Notes: generated from the letters alone by a model not told the origin. 64,000 nt of DNA from Muribaculaceae bacterium (GCA_017557425.1 JAFYYU010000007.1:13450-77449); one strand, 5' to 3'. Numbered from the stretch's first letter, positions 28,466-37,800 are shown. Numbers and translations are program-made.

Positions 28466-30970
28466 TTAGAATTTCAATATGTCTAAGCTGGTGATATCAT
28501 CACGAAGTGTTATACTGTCAAGTCCCATATTGAGCTCTGCAGTAAGAAGCCTGTTCTGAGCTGCATTGAGTGCGCGGAGTGTTTTGAAGAATGTATTTTT
28601 TGATATTCCCAACACCTTGTTTGGCCCTGTCGTGCTTTCATCTTTGTAAAAATCGGATATGCGAAGGGAGCGAACACCTTTTTTTTCTGCATACTTATAT
28701 AGAGAATAAGCAAGACCTGTAGGTGTTATGTATTCATATTCAGACCTTCTCAAAGTCTTCTGACTATCATCATTGGCATTATAAGATAGCAATGGTCCGA
28801 TAGTTGCATTACGAATTGTCTGTATGAATGCTGATGCAGCATTCTTTGCTGTGCTTTCAGATTGAGTATAGCCTTGTTCGACAATAAGCGAAGCCATTAG
28901 TTTTGCATCATACTCATGATTAGTCGTAATGTTATTGGCAAACCATTCAACGATAAATGAGTGATAAGCCAGGTTAGTAAGTATGACTTCCCATACTAAT
29001 GAAACATCATCCATAAAAATGTCACAAATGACGTTACCTAATGGAGTCAACTTTGAGTGTGCATCAATTATCTCGGCATCTTTTAACCACGCTTTGAATC
29101 CTTCTTCTTGCGGCTTTGCCAAACTGCTGCTACCCCAGAAGTCATCACCTAACTCCACAAATTCTTGAAGCCAAGCTTCGCGAAGTCCAAAGGTCTTATA
29201 ACCCTGTACTTTTGCGTTAATCTTTTTATCCATATCGTTTATCATTCTTATACTATCAGCTGCGATACATCCTTTATCATGTGAGGTAATACACTTTAGG
29301 CAATGTACGCATTTTGTTTTGTCAATATTTAAATTAGGATATATGCTGAGAGCTCCAGTAGGGCAATCAACCTCACATACTTCACATTGTACACAATATG
29401 TACACTTGTAAAGTACTCGTTTAAGGTATAATATGAATTGCTTATCGTGTGTACCATAAACTATCAATGTGAAGTCTTGTCGACATTTATCATACAAAAC
29501 TTTGAAATCATATATGCTATCCTTGTATTTCAAAGAACCGTTGTCTTCACTATCGCCAATACGGACTGTATATTCACAGAGCGCATGAAGCCAATGATAT
29601 AAATCAAAATTTGACTCTTTTACAATGGCGATAAAACTATCCTGTTTTTCAATAAATGTCACATTTTTATTGCCCAGAGCTTTGTTGCCGATTGCTTTTA
29701 TCTTCCATCTGCGTTCTCGCAAATATCCTTCAATATCAGATATCTTTCGACTAACAGCCCAATCTTTGATTCTATCTTCGAATGGTTTAAGTTCGGACTG
29801 ATATTTAATCCGAATTATCATATCATCCCAAGATGTGGAGAATGGACATATAATACAACCGACTCTTGCCTTTCCCTCACGATAAGCTTTATTGATGGGC
29901 AATTCATATTGAAACAGATAGAGAAATATCTCAACAGTATTCCAATTCAGTATTGGATGGGCATTATGGATCGTAGTATGTTTACCTTGACCTATTCTTG
30001 GATAGTTTGACCTCCTGGTGCTTTCCTCTGCTCGCACTCCATCAAAAGTTAGCACTTTAGCTTGCTTGCCATCTTCTTTTTTTAGCAGTCTATATAAAGG
30101 TGCTGTCTTCATGATAGAACAACACCACCGATGAGAATCACTCGGAGTACCAATCTTATCCCAGTAATCCAAAACGGAGGCATGGTTTCTAGCCATACGG
30201 AACCTAAGGTCTGGAAAGCGTTCGTGGTAAAGTCTCTGTACCTCTTCATATAACTCAAGTGAAGGAGGTAACTCATAGCCAGTATCACTATAGATGACCT
30301 CAAAGTCTGTACTTGGCATAGCTCTGGTACACAGATCGAGTACTACCTGAGAGTCCTTGCCGCCAGAAAAGGAAGCCAAGAAATAATCTATCTTGGTGGT
30401 CTGATATATTTTGCGCCCCTGCTCTTCTGCTGCATCAAGTGGCATAATGTCAAACGAATCGCAGTCCTCCTTCACGATAGCCATCTTTTGCTTGCGTTTA
30501 GCCTCGATCCGCCTTACTAGAGCTTCATAGTCCATCTGGTTTGATGCCACTCGGTTTGTACTCTTGCGCGCTTTGGCATATTGATTGAAGGTCTCGTAAA
30601 TGAATTCGATGGCTTCACTTTCCAGCGTAAACATATTCTCCTTGTTACGCTTTATCATCTTTGCCATATTTACGGGTTTCAGGCCTACCTTGATGTCTGC
30701 TATACTCTCTGCCAACACAATGGTAGCAGCATCATAGATGTTGGCACCTTTAGCCTCGAACATTAGTTCACCTCTATACCAATATTGCTTGTTGATAGCC
30801 CACATCAGTGGTTCTTTGCATCGTGGGTATTTCCATCCTAGCTTATCAAGCCCAAGTAAATCGAGTTCCTCGTAGAACACAGGCCGCGGTGATACACCAA
30901 GCGTGCCTTCCACGATACGAGTGTGCAATAGCACTCCTCCAGTCTCTTTGTCCCACGTTATCTTATACAT
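28466..30970 (-). CDS. brxP: BrxP-like PAPS-reductase + 4Fe-4S + DUF4007-like protein
   Basis: SFSGGKDS, RWCC, GVRAEES, RVGCIICP; ferredoxin CVQCEVCEVDCP/CVHCLKC; C-terminal TFGLREAWL domain. Confidence 0.82.
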   Translation of the reverse strand: MYKITWDKETGGVLLHTRIVEGTLGVSPRPVFYEELDLLGLDKLGWKYPRCKEPLMWAINKQYWYRGELMFEAKGANIYDAATIVLAESIADIKVGLKPVNMAKMIKRNKENMFTLESEAIEFIYETFNQYAKARKSTNRVASNQMDYEALVRRIEAKRKQKMAIVKEDCDSFDIMPLDAAEEQGRKIYQTTKIDYFLASFSGGKDSQVVLDLCTRAMPSTDFEVIYSDTGYELPPSLELYEEVQRLYHERFPDLRFRMARNHASVLDYWDKIGTPSDSHRWCCSIMKTAPLYRLLKKEDGKQAKVLTFDGVRAEESTRRSNYPRIGQGKHTTIHNAHPILNWNTVEIFLYLFQYELPINKAYREGKARVGCIICPFSTSWDDMIIRIKYQSELKPFEDRIKDWAVSRKISDIEGYLRERRWKIKAIGNKALGNKNVTFIEKQDSFIAIVKESNFDLYHWLHALCEYTVRIGDSEDNGSLKYKDSIYDFKVLYDKCRQDFTLIVYGTHDKQFILYLKRVLYKCTYCVQCEVCEVDCPTGALSIYPNLNIDKTKCVHCLKCITSHDKGCIAADSIRMINDMDKKINAKVQGYKTFGLREAWLQEFVELGDDFWGSSSLAKPQEEGFKAWLKDAEIIDAHSKLTPLGNVICDIFMDDVSLVWEVILTNLAYHSFIVEWFANNITTNHEYDAKLMASLIVEQGYTQSESTAKNAASAFIQTIRNATIGPLLSYNANDDSQKTLRRSEYEYITPTGLAYSLYKYAEKKGVRSLRISDFYKDESTTGPNKVLGISKNTFFKTLRALNAAQNRLLTAELNMGLDSITLRDDITSLDILKF

Positions 30971-31172
30971 TTTTCCTAATTCTTACTAATTCCGATAATT
31001 CAACCTCTAGTAGCTCTGCTATCTTGAGATACGTTTCCATTGGAGGCTGTGAAGAGTTGGTGCACCATTTTGACACAGTGGTGGGCGCACAACCTAATTG
31101 CTCTGCAAGCCACTTGTTGGTTCTCTTCTTCTCTGCAAGAACCACTTTGATGCGATTGATGTCTTTGTCCAT
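30963..31172 (-). CDS. XRE-family HTH regulator
   Basis: NRIKVVLAEK...WLAEQLG...TVSKWCTN..QP; overlaps the brxP start by 8 bp. TACCTTTG promoter element at 31196-31203 (-). Confidence 0.9.
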   Translation of the reverse strand: MDKDINRIKVVLAEKKRTNKWLAEQLGCAPTTVSKWCTNSSQPPMETYLKIAELLEVELSELVRIRKNV

Positions 31173-31639
31173 CGTTATTATTTTATGTTATGTTGCAAAG
31201 GTAATCATTTTCAGCGAGAAACGGTGCAGAATATTACTTAAATTAGCAAAAGCGTTCACTTTATTGCCCTCCTGACCACTTTTTGATAGGGAAAAAGGCA
31301 GTTTGGTTCGCACCTTTACAAATAATAAAGCTATGTATCCCACAACGAGCACCTCACTTTTGTTAGGCTGATAATCATAGAAACCGGACCATTTTGACGG
31401 TTTTTGGTTCTATCGGTGATTAGGACTACCATCATTCAAGGGGGAGCTTGCTCCACCGAAAAAAGGGTTATAAAAACGAACAAAGGGAAGGGAGTTTATA
31501 AAAACTCTTAGCCTAATAAGAGTTAACTTTCGTTAACACTTTTGACTGCCTCTCCTGAAGGAGTTCCTACGGGGAGCAAGCTCAGGCAGATGAGGGTACA
31601 ATACTCGCCAAGGGATGCCCTTTTGGTCCTATTTTTTTC

Positions 31640-32677
31640 TCATGAATCATCCTCGATAAGTTCAAGGTCAAAGTCATCGATGAGCTGCTGAAGGGCAGGA
31701 TTTCGTTCAATCATTCGGGCCAAAACCATCTGCTTGGTCTCCTGCATCAGGAGGAAATCTGAGATGTCAAGACCCGCCTCACGTTGTTCGTTGGTCGCCA
31801 TCTGATCCAACACGTCAGAGATTGTGACACTCTTGCAGATGGGTTCAAGGATTTTCGATTTCTCGATCCATTTCTCTATAGCTCCAAGATCTGGCATGAG
31901 AATCACATCCCTTCCACGAAGCACTTGCATCGCATCTTCATTGAAACATCCGTTCTTACCTCCCGTTGCCAGCCAGAGAAAATCTGGCATGAAGTGCGAT
32001 GCTATCAGACAGGTCTTTTCGCTCTCCACCAACATGACTGTGGAAGATGATTTGGTAAGCATATGCTCACCGAACAGGCATTGCTTCAGATTGAAATCAG
32101 GTAGTTTCAATTCTGAATGCACCCAGCTGACCTGCGGATGTGGTTCTTTGATACGATGCCCGTCCTTGGGATTGTAGCCCATCATCTTTCCTGCTCGGAC
32201 ATTTCCCTCTATGTCAACTTGCCAATAGACAGCAGCTCCTCCCCATTTCTTGACGGTACCAACCATGTAGCGTTCAATCTGATTGTTGGCACCCTCCTTC
32301 CCGATAGTCCCGCACAGGAATTGGTACAAGGGATTCATGCCGTAATGGGAAAGTGTCTTTCGCATGAGGTCAGCCGGGATATAAGACGGAGCAACAGGCT
32401 CGGCCTTTGTCCTATTCTGTGCAATGGTCTTGATGCTCCTCCAGTCGTCATCATTCTTGGGTTTCATATCCGGCTTGTCCTGGAACAAATCCTTTGGCGT
32501 ATAATGGTAACCACATGAGTCCTCATGGTCACATCGTCCCACATAATCGGGAAAGGTTATCTTTCCCTCCTCATCGATATATCTGACAAAGCATTGCTTC
32601 CTGCCACATTGGGGACAGGTCAGTTTGCTGTTTCTGCCTGACTTATATTTCTGAAGATGAAATCGGTAAGTGCTCAT
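31640..32677 (-). CDS. Primase-like protein (Zn-ribbon + DUF6371-like + TOPRIM-like)
   Basis: CPQCGR...GRCDHEDSCGYH, QCLFGEH, LVESEKT, WLATGG, MPDLG. Confidence 0.8.
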   Translation of the reverse strand: MSTYRFHLQKYKSGRNSKLTCPQCGRKQCFVRYIDEEGKITFPDYVGRCDHEDSCGYHYTPKDLFQDKPDMKPKNDDDWRSIKTIAQNRTKAEPVAPSYIPADLMRKTLSHYGMNPLYQFLCGTIGKEGANNQIERYMVGTVKKWGGAAVYWQVDIEGNVRAGKMMGYNPKDGHRIKEPHPQVSWVHSELKLPDFNLKQCLFGEHMLTKSSSTVMLVESEKTCLIASHFMPDFLWLATGGKNGCFNEDAMQVLRGRDVILMPDLGAIEKWIEKSKILEPICKSVTISDVLDQMATNEQREAGLDISDFLLMQETKQMVLARMIERNPALQQLIDDFDLELIEDDS

Positions 32678-32728
32678 GATTATGTTCCTTTCTGGGCTAT
32701 TGAATTTCGACCGTTTCCACTTTGGAAC

Positions 32729-32765
32729 TTTACACTTTTACACTTTCGAAAGTGTAAAGTGTAAA
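32729..32765. repeat. Palindrome built from four TTTACAC heptamers
   Basis: Perfect 22-bp palindrome TTTACACTTTCGAAAGTGTAAA (32737-32758) with an extra heptamer on each side. Confidence 0.85.
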
Positions 32766-32779
32766 ATGTATCGGGTGTA

Positions 32780-34186
32780 CTAGAGTATTTTTCGGTAGGT
32801 GCCATGACCTGTTTTCTGAAGGGTTCGCTCCACGCACATCTTCGCAAGATTCTTCTTGACGGCACTCTCACAGAGTCCTATATCAGCTCCAGCCTTGATA
32901 GCATCTGCTGTAGTGAAATCTGGTTGAACCCCATCCAAGAATGATTTCTTTAGCGGTGACATGGACTCTTTCTGGACTTGTGTCTTGATTTCCTGATACG
33001 AAAGTTCCAGATAGTCATACAGACGAATGGCTGCTTGAACGGAGCGCACATCAATGTGCTGCATGTGGATCTCGTCACAAGCCCATCCTAGTAGTTGAAA
33101 CACCAGAGCAAGTCTGGCCACGTTGGAGTCTGCTTTCATCACCCGGCTTTCAATGAGTCTTTCGTCCTCTATCATATTGACTTGCTCGATGAGGGTATTT
33201 TTCCATTGGGCAAAGTATTGATAGGCTTCGGCGCTCATGTCAAGGACTTTCGGCATGATGATTCCTTTCTCGTCAAAATCAGGCTCAATGGAAAGCAGCT
33301 TATCTATCACCTGTTTCCATTTCCGATATACACTACCAACCCGATCATCTTCGCGCAATCCTGCATCCTGAATCAGTTGCATCTTGGGAATTTCACGACT
33401 CTTCGGATGAAGGAACAGGATGCGGTCAATCAATCCGCTTGACACATTCTCCTTGGTGAAGAGTTCCCCGATGCGCTGCGTCTGGGTGGTACCGACAATA
33501 TTGATACATGGATGGGGGATGATGATTGGAATGGGATTGCTGCAACGGGACACCTTCAAAGGCTTTCCGCTGTATGCGGTGAGCAGCTGGGTTAGCAATG
33601 GGCTGTCATTGTATCGACAGAAACTCTTGAAGAACCCCATTATTTCATCCACTAGGATGACGATGCCACGCTGGTTGTCGTTATGGATTCGCATCATGGC
33701 CTCCTGAGTAAGGTCAGAGAGGATGGTTTGAATGAGAACAGGTTTGTTCTTATCAAAGGCATCACCATCCCTGGCTCCAGCATTCTGCTCTGCATAGCGT
33801 TTGTTCTCTTCAATGAACCTACTGACCTGAAGGAAGTCATGTTCTTGAAGTGGACGATACGCATAGTCAAGTGGCGGGGTCTTGCCCTGCCCTGGCCTTC
33901 CTATCAGGATGACATAAAGGGCAGGGCTGCTTCTCCATGATCCACGGATACGTATCTGGCAACTGTTTCCGATGGCCGTAGCTGCAGCCGACAGCATACT
34001 CATTGCCAGATATTCCATATTAAACTGCTCAATATTGGTGACATCGAAGATGATGCCCTGCAATTTCTGAGGAAAGGCATCAAGGGGAAGACCAATGTCT
34101 TTCAGACCTATAGCCTCCCGTCGGATTCTGTTTGATAGCGCCAAAACACTTGGACACCCTTGATTAATCCCTACCATCATCGCCAA
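32780..34186 (-). CDS. DUF3987-like P-loop protein (replication-associated helicase-like)
   Basis: LPLDAFP, GRPGQGKTP, LVDEI, GTTQ, GLIDR; C-terminal wHTH GHGTYRK. Confidence 0.75.
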   Translation of the reverse strand: MAMMVGINQGCPSVLALSNRIRREAIGLKDIGLPLDAFPQKLQGIIFDVTNIEQFNMEYLAMSMLSAAATAIGNSCQIRIRGSWRSSPALYVILIGRPGQGKTPPLDYAYRPLQEHDFLQVSRFIEENKRYAEQNAGARDGDAFDKNKPVLIQTILSDLTQEAMMRIHNDNQRGIVILVDEIMGFFKSFCRYNDSPLLTQLLTAYSGKPLKVSRCSNPIPIIIPHPCINIVGTTQTQRIGELFTKENVSSGLIDRILFLHPKSREIPKMQLIQDAGLREDDRVGSVYRKWKQVIDKLLSIEPDFDEKGIIMPKVLDMSAEAYQYFAQWKNTLIEQVNMIEDERLIESRVMKADSNVARLALVFQLLGWACDEIHMQHIDVRSVQAAIRLYDYLELSYQEIKTQVQKESMSPLKKSFLDGVQPDFTTADAIKAGADIGLCESAVKKNLAKMCVERTLQKTGHGTYRKIL

Positions 34187-34496
34187 ACGGTTTGTTCTGG
34201 ACTCCGAGAATCTTGTTCACATCAGATTCACGATACTTCACCTTGGAGCCTACCTTGACAGGTTTCAAGTAGCCCTTCTTGTCCCAATGCCATAGGGTGG
34301 CATCACAGACTCCAAGGCGTTTCTTGGTTTCTTCTTTCGTCAGCAGACAGTCCTCCTTGTTGTCTTGCATGGCCGTTGCTACCTCATTGACCGCACGACT
34401 TATCAGCTCTTCTGAGAAGTTGCGCAAGTCCTCACCGGTAATCTCCAACTTAATGTTTGCATTGCCTGCTGAAAGAATTGACATAATATCAGTCAT
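34164..34496 (-). CDS. Excisionase-like HTH DNA-binding protein
   Basis: LLTKEETKKRLGVCDATLWHWDKKGYLKPVKVGSKVKYRESDV. Confidence 0.85.
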   Translation of the reverse strand: MTDIMSILSAGNANIKLEITGEDLRNFSEELISRAVNEVATAMQDNKEDCLLTKEETKKRLGVCDATLWHWDKKGYLKPVKVGSKVKYRESDVNKILGVQNKPFGDDGRD

Positions 34497-34552
34497 AGCT
34501 ATACATGAGCCACCAGATTTTTGACCCTCTCATCTTGGTGGCATTATAGATG

Positions 34553-34592
34553 AAAAAGCCACCGCTCCATTTGGAACGATGGCGCAAAAGTA
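34553..34592 (-). promoter_or_regulatory. Promoter plus promoter-proximal terminator-like hairpin in the xis leader
   Basis: TACTTTTG (34585-92) immediately followed by GCCATCGTTCC-AAAT-GGAGCGGTGGC-TTTTT. Confidence 0.55.
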
Positions 34593-34687
34593 TAGCTAAA
34601 AATAACTGATTTTCAATGATTTACGCTTCTCATATTTCGGCGAAATGAAAAGCGAAATATAAGAAATAGAATAAAGCCTAATATCGT

Positions 34688-35653
34688 TTAATCTGCATCT
34701 GAACTCGGCTTGGATTCCTCGATTTGGATGTTTGACTGGAGCATCGCTTTGATGTTGTCAATGGTCTTTCTCTCGATATTGGAAGTCAATGTCAGATTAC
34801 CCGACTTATCAAAGATTTTGCGAAGGGCTATCTGGAAGTTCCGGGTGCCTTTCAGGTCTATCGTCGGCACAAGCTCCTGAAGGCGTTTGTGGAATGTCGT
34901 GGCATCACACTTGTCCAGGTATTCCAACTCTTGCAGTGCTGCATACAGATATGTCAGATCTGGAGCGGAATGCTTTAATGCGAGAATACGCTTGATGTTC
35001 TGAAGAACTTCAGCTTTGTCGTGGCACAGCAGATAATCCTCAAATTGCACTTTGGACAGAGGGGTTGTTTGGCTTTCTTCTGGAACAGGAGACGGGACAC
35101 TTTCATCTTGATTGATGCTGTCAATAACGTTATCTGTGAATTTTCCATGATCAATCAGTGCCTTTTCCTTTCGGTATTGTTCCCAATCCTCCTTTGTCCG
35201 CATCTTGTTTTTGATGCTACCGTTGATGACATAGTTTATCAGGAACTTGTAAATCCATTTCGTTGCTCTTCCACAGTTGGGATCATTAATGTCGGCTTCC
35301 AATCGCTCGACCATCGTTTCATAACACTTGCCGTAATAAAGCCACGAAAGCAAGCAAGGAACTACTGACGAGTTTTCCACATTATGAAACTCATCTATCA
35401 ATTGGGCTGCTAGTCCTTCATCTGCGATAAAAGAGTCAAGTTCTTGTTCTCCTGGCACAATATCCCCATGTATTTCGGTTCTTGATTTCGCCATTAACAT
35501 AGGCGTCATTTTAATACCCAAGGCATAAATGCGCTGAATGCTTTGATACGATTTGCTATTGATGTCTGCGACAAAAGCATCGTACTCATCTTGATGGGTA
35601 TCAAGCCAAGCCTTGACCTCTTGCTTGAATTTCTCAAAGTCTTGTTTTGCCAT
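34688..35653 (-). CDS. Hypothetical mobile-element protein (possibly DUF6043-like)
   Basis: 321-aa ORF upstream of xis; family assignment from recall only. Confidence 0.6.
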   Translation of the reverse strand: MAKQDFEKFKQEVKAWLDTHQDEYDAFVADINSKSYQSIQRIYALGIKMTPMLMAKSRTEIHGDIVPGEQELDSFIADEGLAAQLIDEFHNVENSSVVPCLLSWLYYGKCYETMVERLEADINDPNCGRATKWIYKFLINYVINGSIKNKMRTKEDWEQYRKEKALIDHGKFTDNVIDSINQDESVPSPVPEESQTTPLSKVQFEDYLLCHDKAEVLQNIKRILALKHSAPDLTYLYAALQELEYLDKCDATTFHKRLQELVPTIDLKGTRNFQIALRKIFDKSGNLTLTSNIERKTIDNIKAMLQSNIQIEESKPSSDAD

Positions 35654-35664
35654 ACTCTAATCCA

Positions 35665-35805
35665 ACGTGAGTTCGATTATAGTTAATTGAAATTTAGGAG
35701 CATAGAGGTTAATTTTGCAAAAGCAAGAACCAACCACTATGTTTACCGAAGACAAAAATAGAGAAATTATTTCAATGTAAAAGGATTTCAGCAAGAGTTT
35801 TGGCA
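35665..35805 (+). pseudogene. IS982-like left-end remnant with decayed transposase N-terminus
   Basis: ACGTGAGTTCG end motif at 35665; ATG at 35739 reads MFTEDKNREIISM*KDFSKSF, resembling Bacteroidetes IS982 starts (M.TEDKVTEIFCMADDFCK.F, recalled). Confidence 0.5.
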
Positions 35806-35856
35806 ATGTTGCTAAATATGACCCATTTGGGTATTGTGTATGTCATGACATGACTA

Positions 35857-35940
35857 TAATTTTGCAGCAACTTTAAATCTACTTATTCATACTATTTTTT
35901 TTACAAAAAGGCATTTCGTTGCGAAACGGAGTGCTATTTT
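35857..35940 (+). ncRNA. Candidate small RNA unit, copy 1 (promoter, AU-rich tract, GCGA hairpin)
   Basis: TAATTTTG, TTAAATCTACTTATTCATACTAT, hairpin GCATTTCGTT-GCGA-AACGGAGTGC. Confidence 0.5.
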
Positions 35941-36212
35941 TCTAATACATCTGAAGCCACATGCATGTTAAGCGGATTCAAAGGTAGAAAGAATCATGGG
36001 GATAGCCAAATATATAGTGATAAATGTTTCTCTGTGTTTCACTGAAACGCACAGAAACGTCCATGACAATCTGAAGACTTTAAAAATGCTCATTTTTATA
36101 TATCGCTGAAATCCACATACTTAATTATATGTTTTAGGGGCTGCGACAAAATTTGACAGCTTAGTGAAACACAATGAAACAACAAATATTTCTTAGTGCA
36201 GAAAGACTTATG

Positions 36213-36293
36213 TAATTTTGAACCCATCTTAAATCTAATTTATTCATACTATATTTATTTTTTGAAGGCACTCCATTGCGAAATGGAGTGCTA
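36213..36293 (+). ncRNA. Candidate small RNA unit, copy 2
   Basis: TAATTTTG, TTAAATCTAATTTATTCATACTAT, hairpin GCACTCCATT-GCGA-AATGGAGTGC. Confidence 0.5.
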
Positions 36294-36387
36294 AATTCAT
36301 CAATAAAATCACTAAAAAGGTTGTAGTGTTGCAACCATATCTAATTTTTTATATCTTTGCGCCATCAATTGATTCAATTATACCCGT

Positions 36388-37455
36388 ATGAAGTATCTTA
36401 CAATCAAAAAGGCTCTGGCAGCATGGCAAGAGATTCAACCATTGTCGGAGAAGGACCGGGAGAGGCTTAGCCGCCGCTTCACTGTGGACTTCAATTACAA
36501 CAGCAACCACCTCGAGGGCAATACGCTAACCTATGGGCAGACTGAGATTCTTCTGTTGTTTGGCAAGGTGATTGGCGAAGCCGATGTGAGAGATGTGCAG
36601 GAAATGACTGCTAGCAACGTTGGATTGAAGATGATGGCCGAAGAGGCTCGCGTAAAAGAGATACCACTGACGCAGAACTTCATCCGTACGCTGCATAAGA
36701 CACTGCTGAGGGAGGACTATACGGTGTATCGAGATTTGCCTGGCGGCGTACAGACAAGTTACGTGATACATGCTGGACAGTATAAGACACGGCCTAATAG
36801 CGTGATTACACGATATGGTGACCGATTTGAGTATGCCTCACCCGAGGAGACGCCTGGTTTGATGACCGACTTGGTGGACTGGTACAACGCATCTGAACAG
36901 GAAGGAAAACTCTCGCCAGTAGAACTGGCAGCATTGTTCCACTATAGATACATCCGCATCCACCCCTTCGAAGATGGCAATGGACGCATCGCCCGACTGA
37001 TGGTGAACTTCATCTTGGCCCGTCACGACTATCCGATGATTGTAGTCCGTAGCCGCCAAAAAAGTGAGTATCTGGAAGCTCTACACCAAGCAGACCTCGA
37101 AGTGGGTCCCATCCCAAGCGATGGAGCCCATGCAGAGTTGAAAGACATTAAGCCATTCCTGAAGTATTTCAATGGACTCGTGGCCAGGGAGGTGTATAAT
37201 GATGTGCTGTTTGTGAGCGAGAGGGATGAGAATGTGTGGTGGTATGATGGAGAACGGATTTCATTCAGGACTCCAAACTACACAAAGATTCTGAATGCCA
37301 TGCGAACAGAGCCCACACTGACTTTGGCCGACATGAAGGAAGTGACAGGTATCAGCATTACCGCTATCCAAAAGCTCCTCGACCAATTGATTGACAAGAA
37401 GTATGTGGAACGGGGCGAGAAGGATGGTAGCTGGAGAGTATATCTGACACAGTGA
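36388..37455 (+). CDS. Fic-domain AMPylase with C-terminal HTH
   Basis: HPFEDGNGRIAR catalytic motif; N-terminal inhibitory motif SNHLEGN; TATCTTTG promoter element at 36352. Confidence 0.92.
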   Translation: MKYLTIKKALAAWQEIQPLSEKDRERLSRRFTVDFNYNSNHLEGNTLTYGQTEILLLFGKVIGEADVRDVQEMTASNVGLKMMAEEARVKEIPLTQNFIRTLHKTLLREDYTVYRDLPGGVQTSYVIHAGQYKTRPNSVITRYGDRFEYASPEETPGLMTDLVDWYNASEQEGKLSPVELAALFHYRYIRIHPFEDGNGRIARLMVNFILARHDYPMIVVRSRQKSEYLEALHQADLEVGPIPSDGAHAELKDIKPFLKYFNGLVAREVYNDVLFVSERDENVWWYDGERISFRTPNYTKILNAMRTEPTLTLADMKEVTGISITAIQKLLDQLIDKKYVERGEKDGSWRVYLTQ

Positions 37456-37485
37456 AACAGATGTTAATGATTAATCTAGAGAGTT

Positions 37486-37746
37486 GTGGAAACAAATTAT
37501 TTAGGAGCTTATCTTGAAGGAGCATTTCGGGCAGCAATAGCGTCTGGTTTTATAAATGGAAAAATCTCTGAGCAACAAATAGATATTATGAAAGAAGCTT
37601 TCTCGAAGTCCAGAGAATATGAGATTGAACATTTTGCTATCTTACCCGAAAAGAAAGAAGAGCTGAAACGCCAATGTAAGCTATGGCTGGAAGCGACAAC
37701 TCAAGGGATAAAAGATGAACTGAGAGCTCAAGGAAAATTGTTGTGA
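37486..37746 (+). CDS. Small hypothetical helical protein
   Basis: 86 aa, GTG start, between fic and a terminator hairpin. Confidence 0.55.
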   Translation: METNYLGAYLEGAFRAAIASGFINGKISEQQIDIMKEAFSKSREYEIEHFAILPEKKEELKRQCKLWLEATTQGIKDELRAQGKLL

Positions 37747-37766
37747 GATAGATAATGAGTAGACTA

Positions 37767-37800
37767 ATAGGCTCACCGAGAATTCCTCGGTAGGGCTTAT
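37767..37800 (+). terminator. Hairpin after the fic unit
   Basis: ATAGGCTC-ACCGAG-AATTC-CTCGGT-A-GGGCTTAT. Confidence 0.5.

Noticed and set aside
36025-36180. TGAAAC-containing palindrome as parS, and GGGGCTGCGACAAAA as an IS1182 end
   Set aside because: The palindrome lacks the CACGTG core. The IS-like motif is too short and has no transposase remnant. Either could still be an operator.
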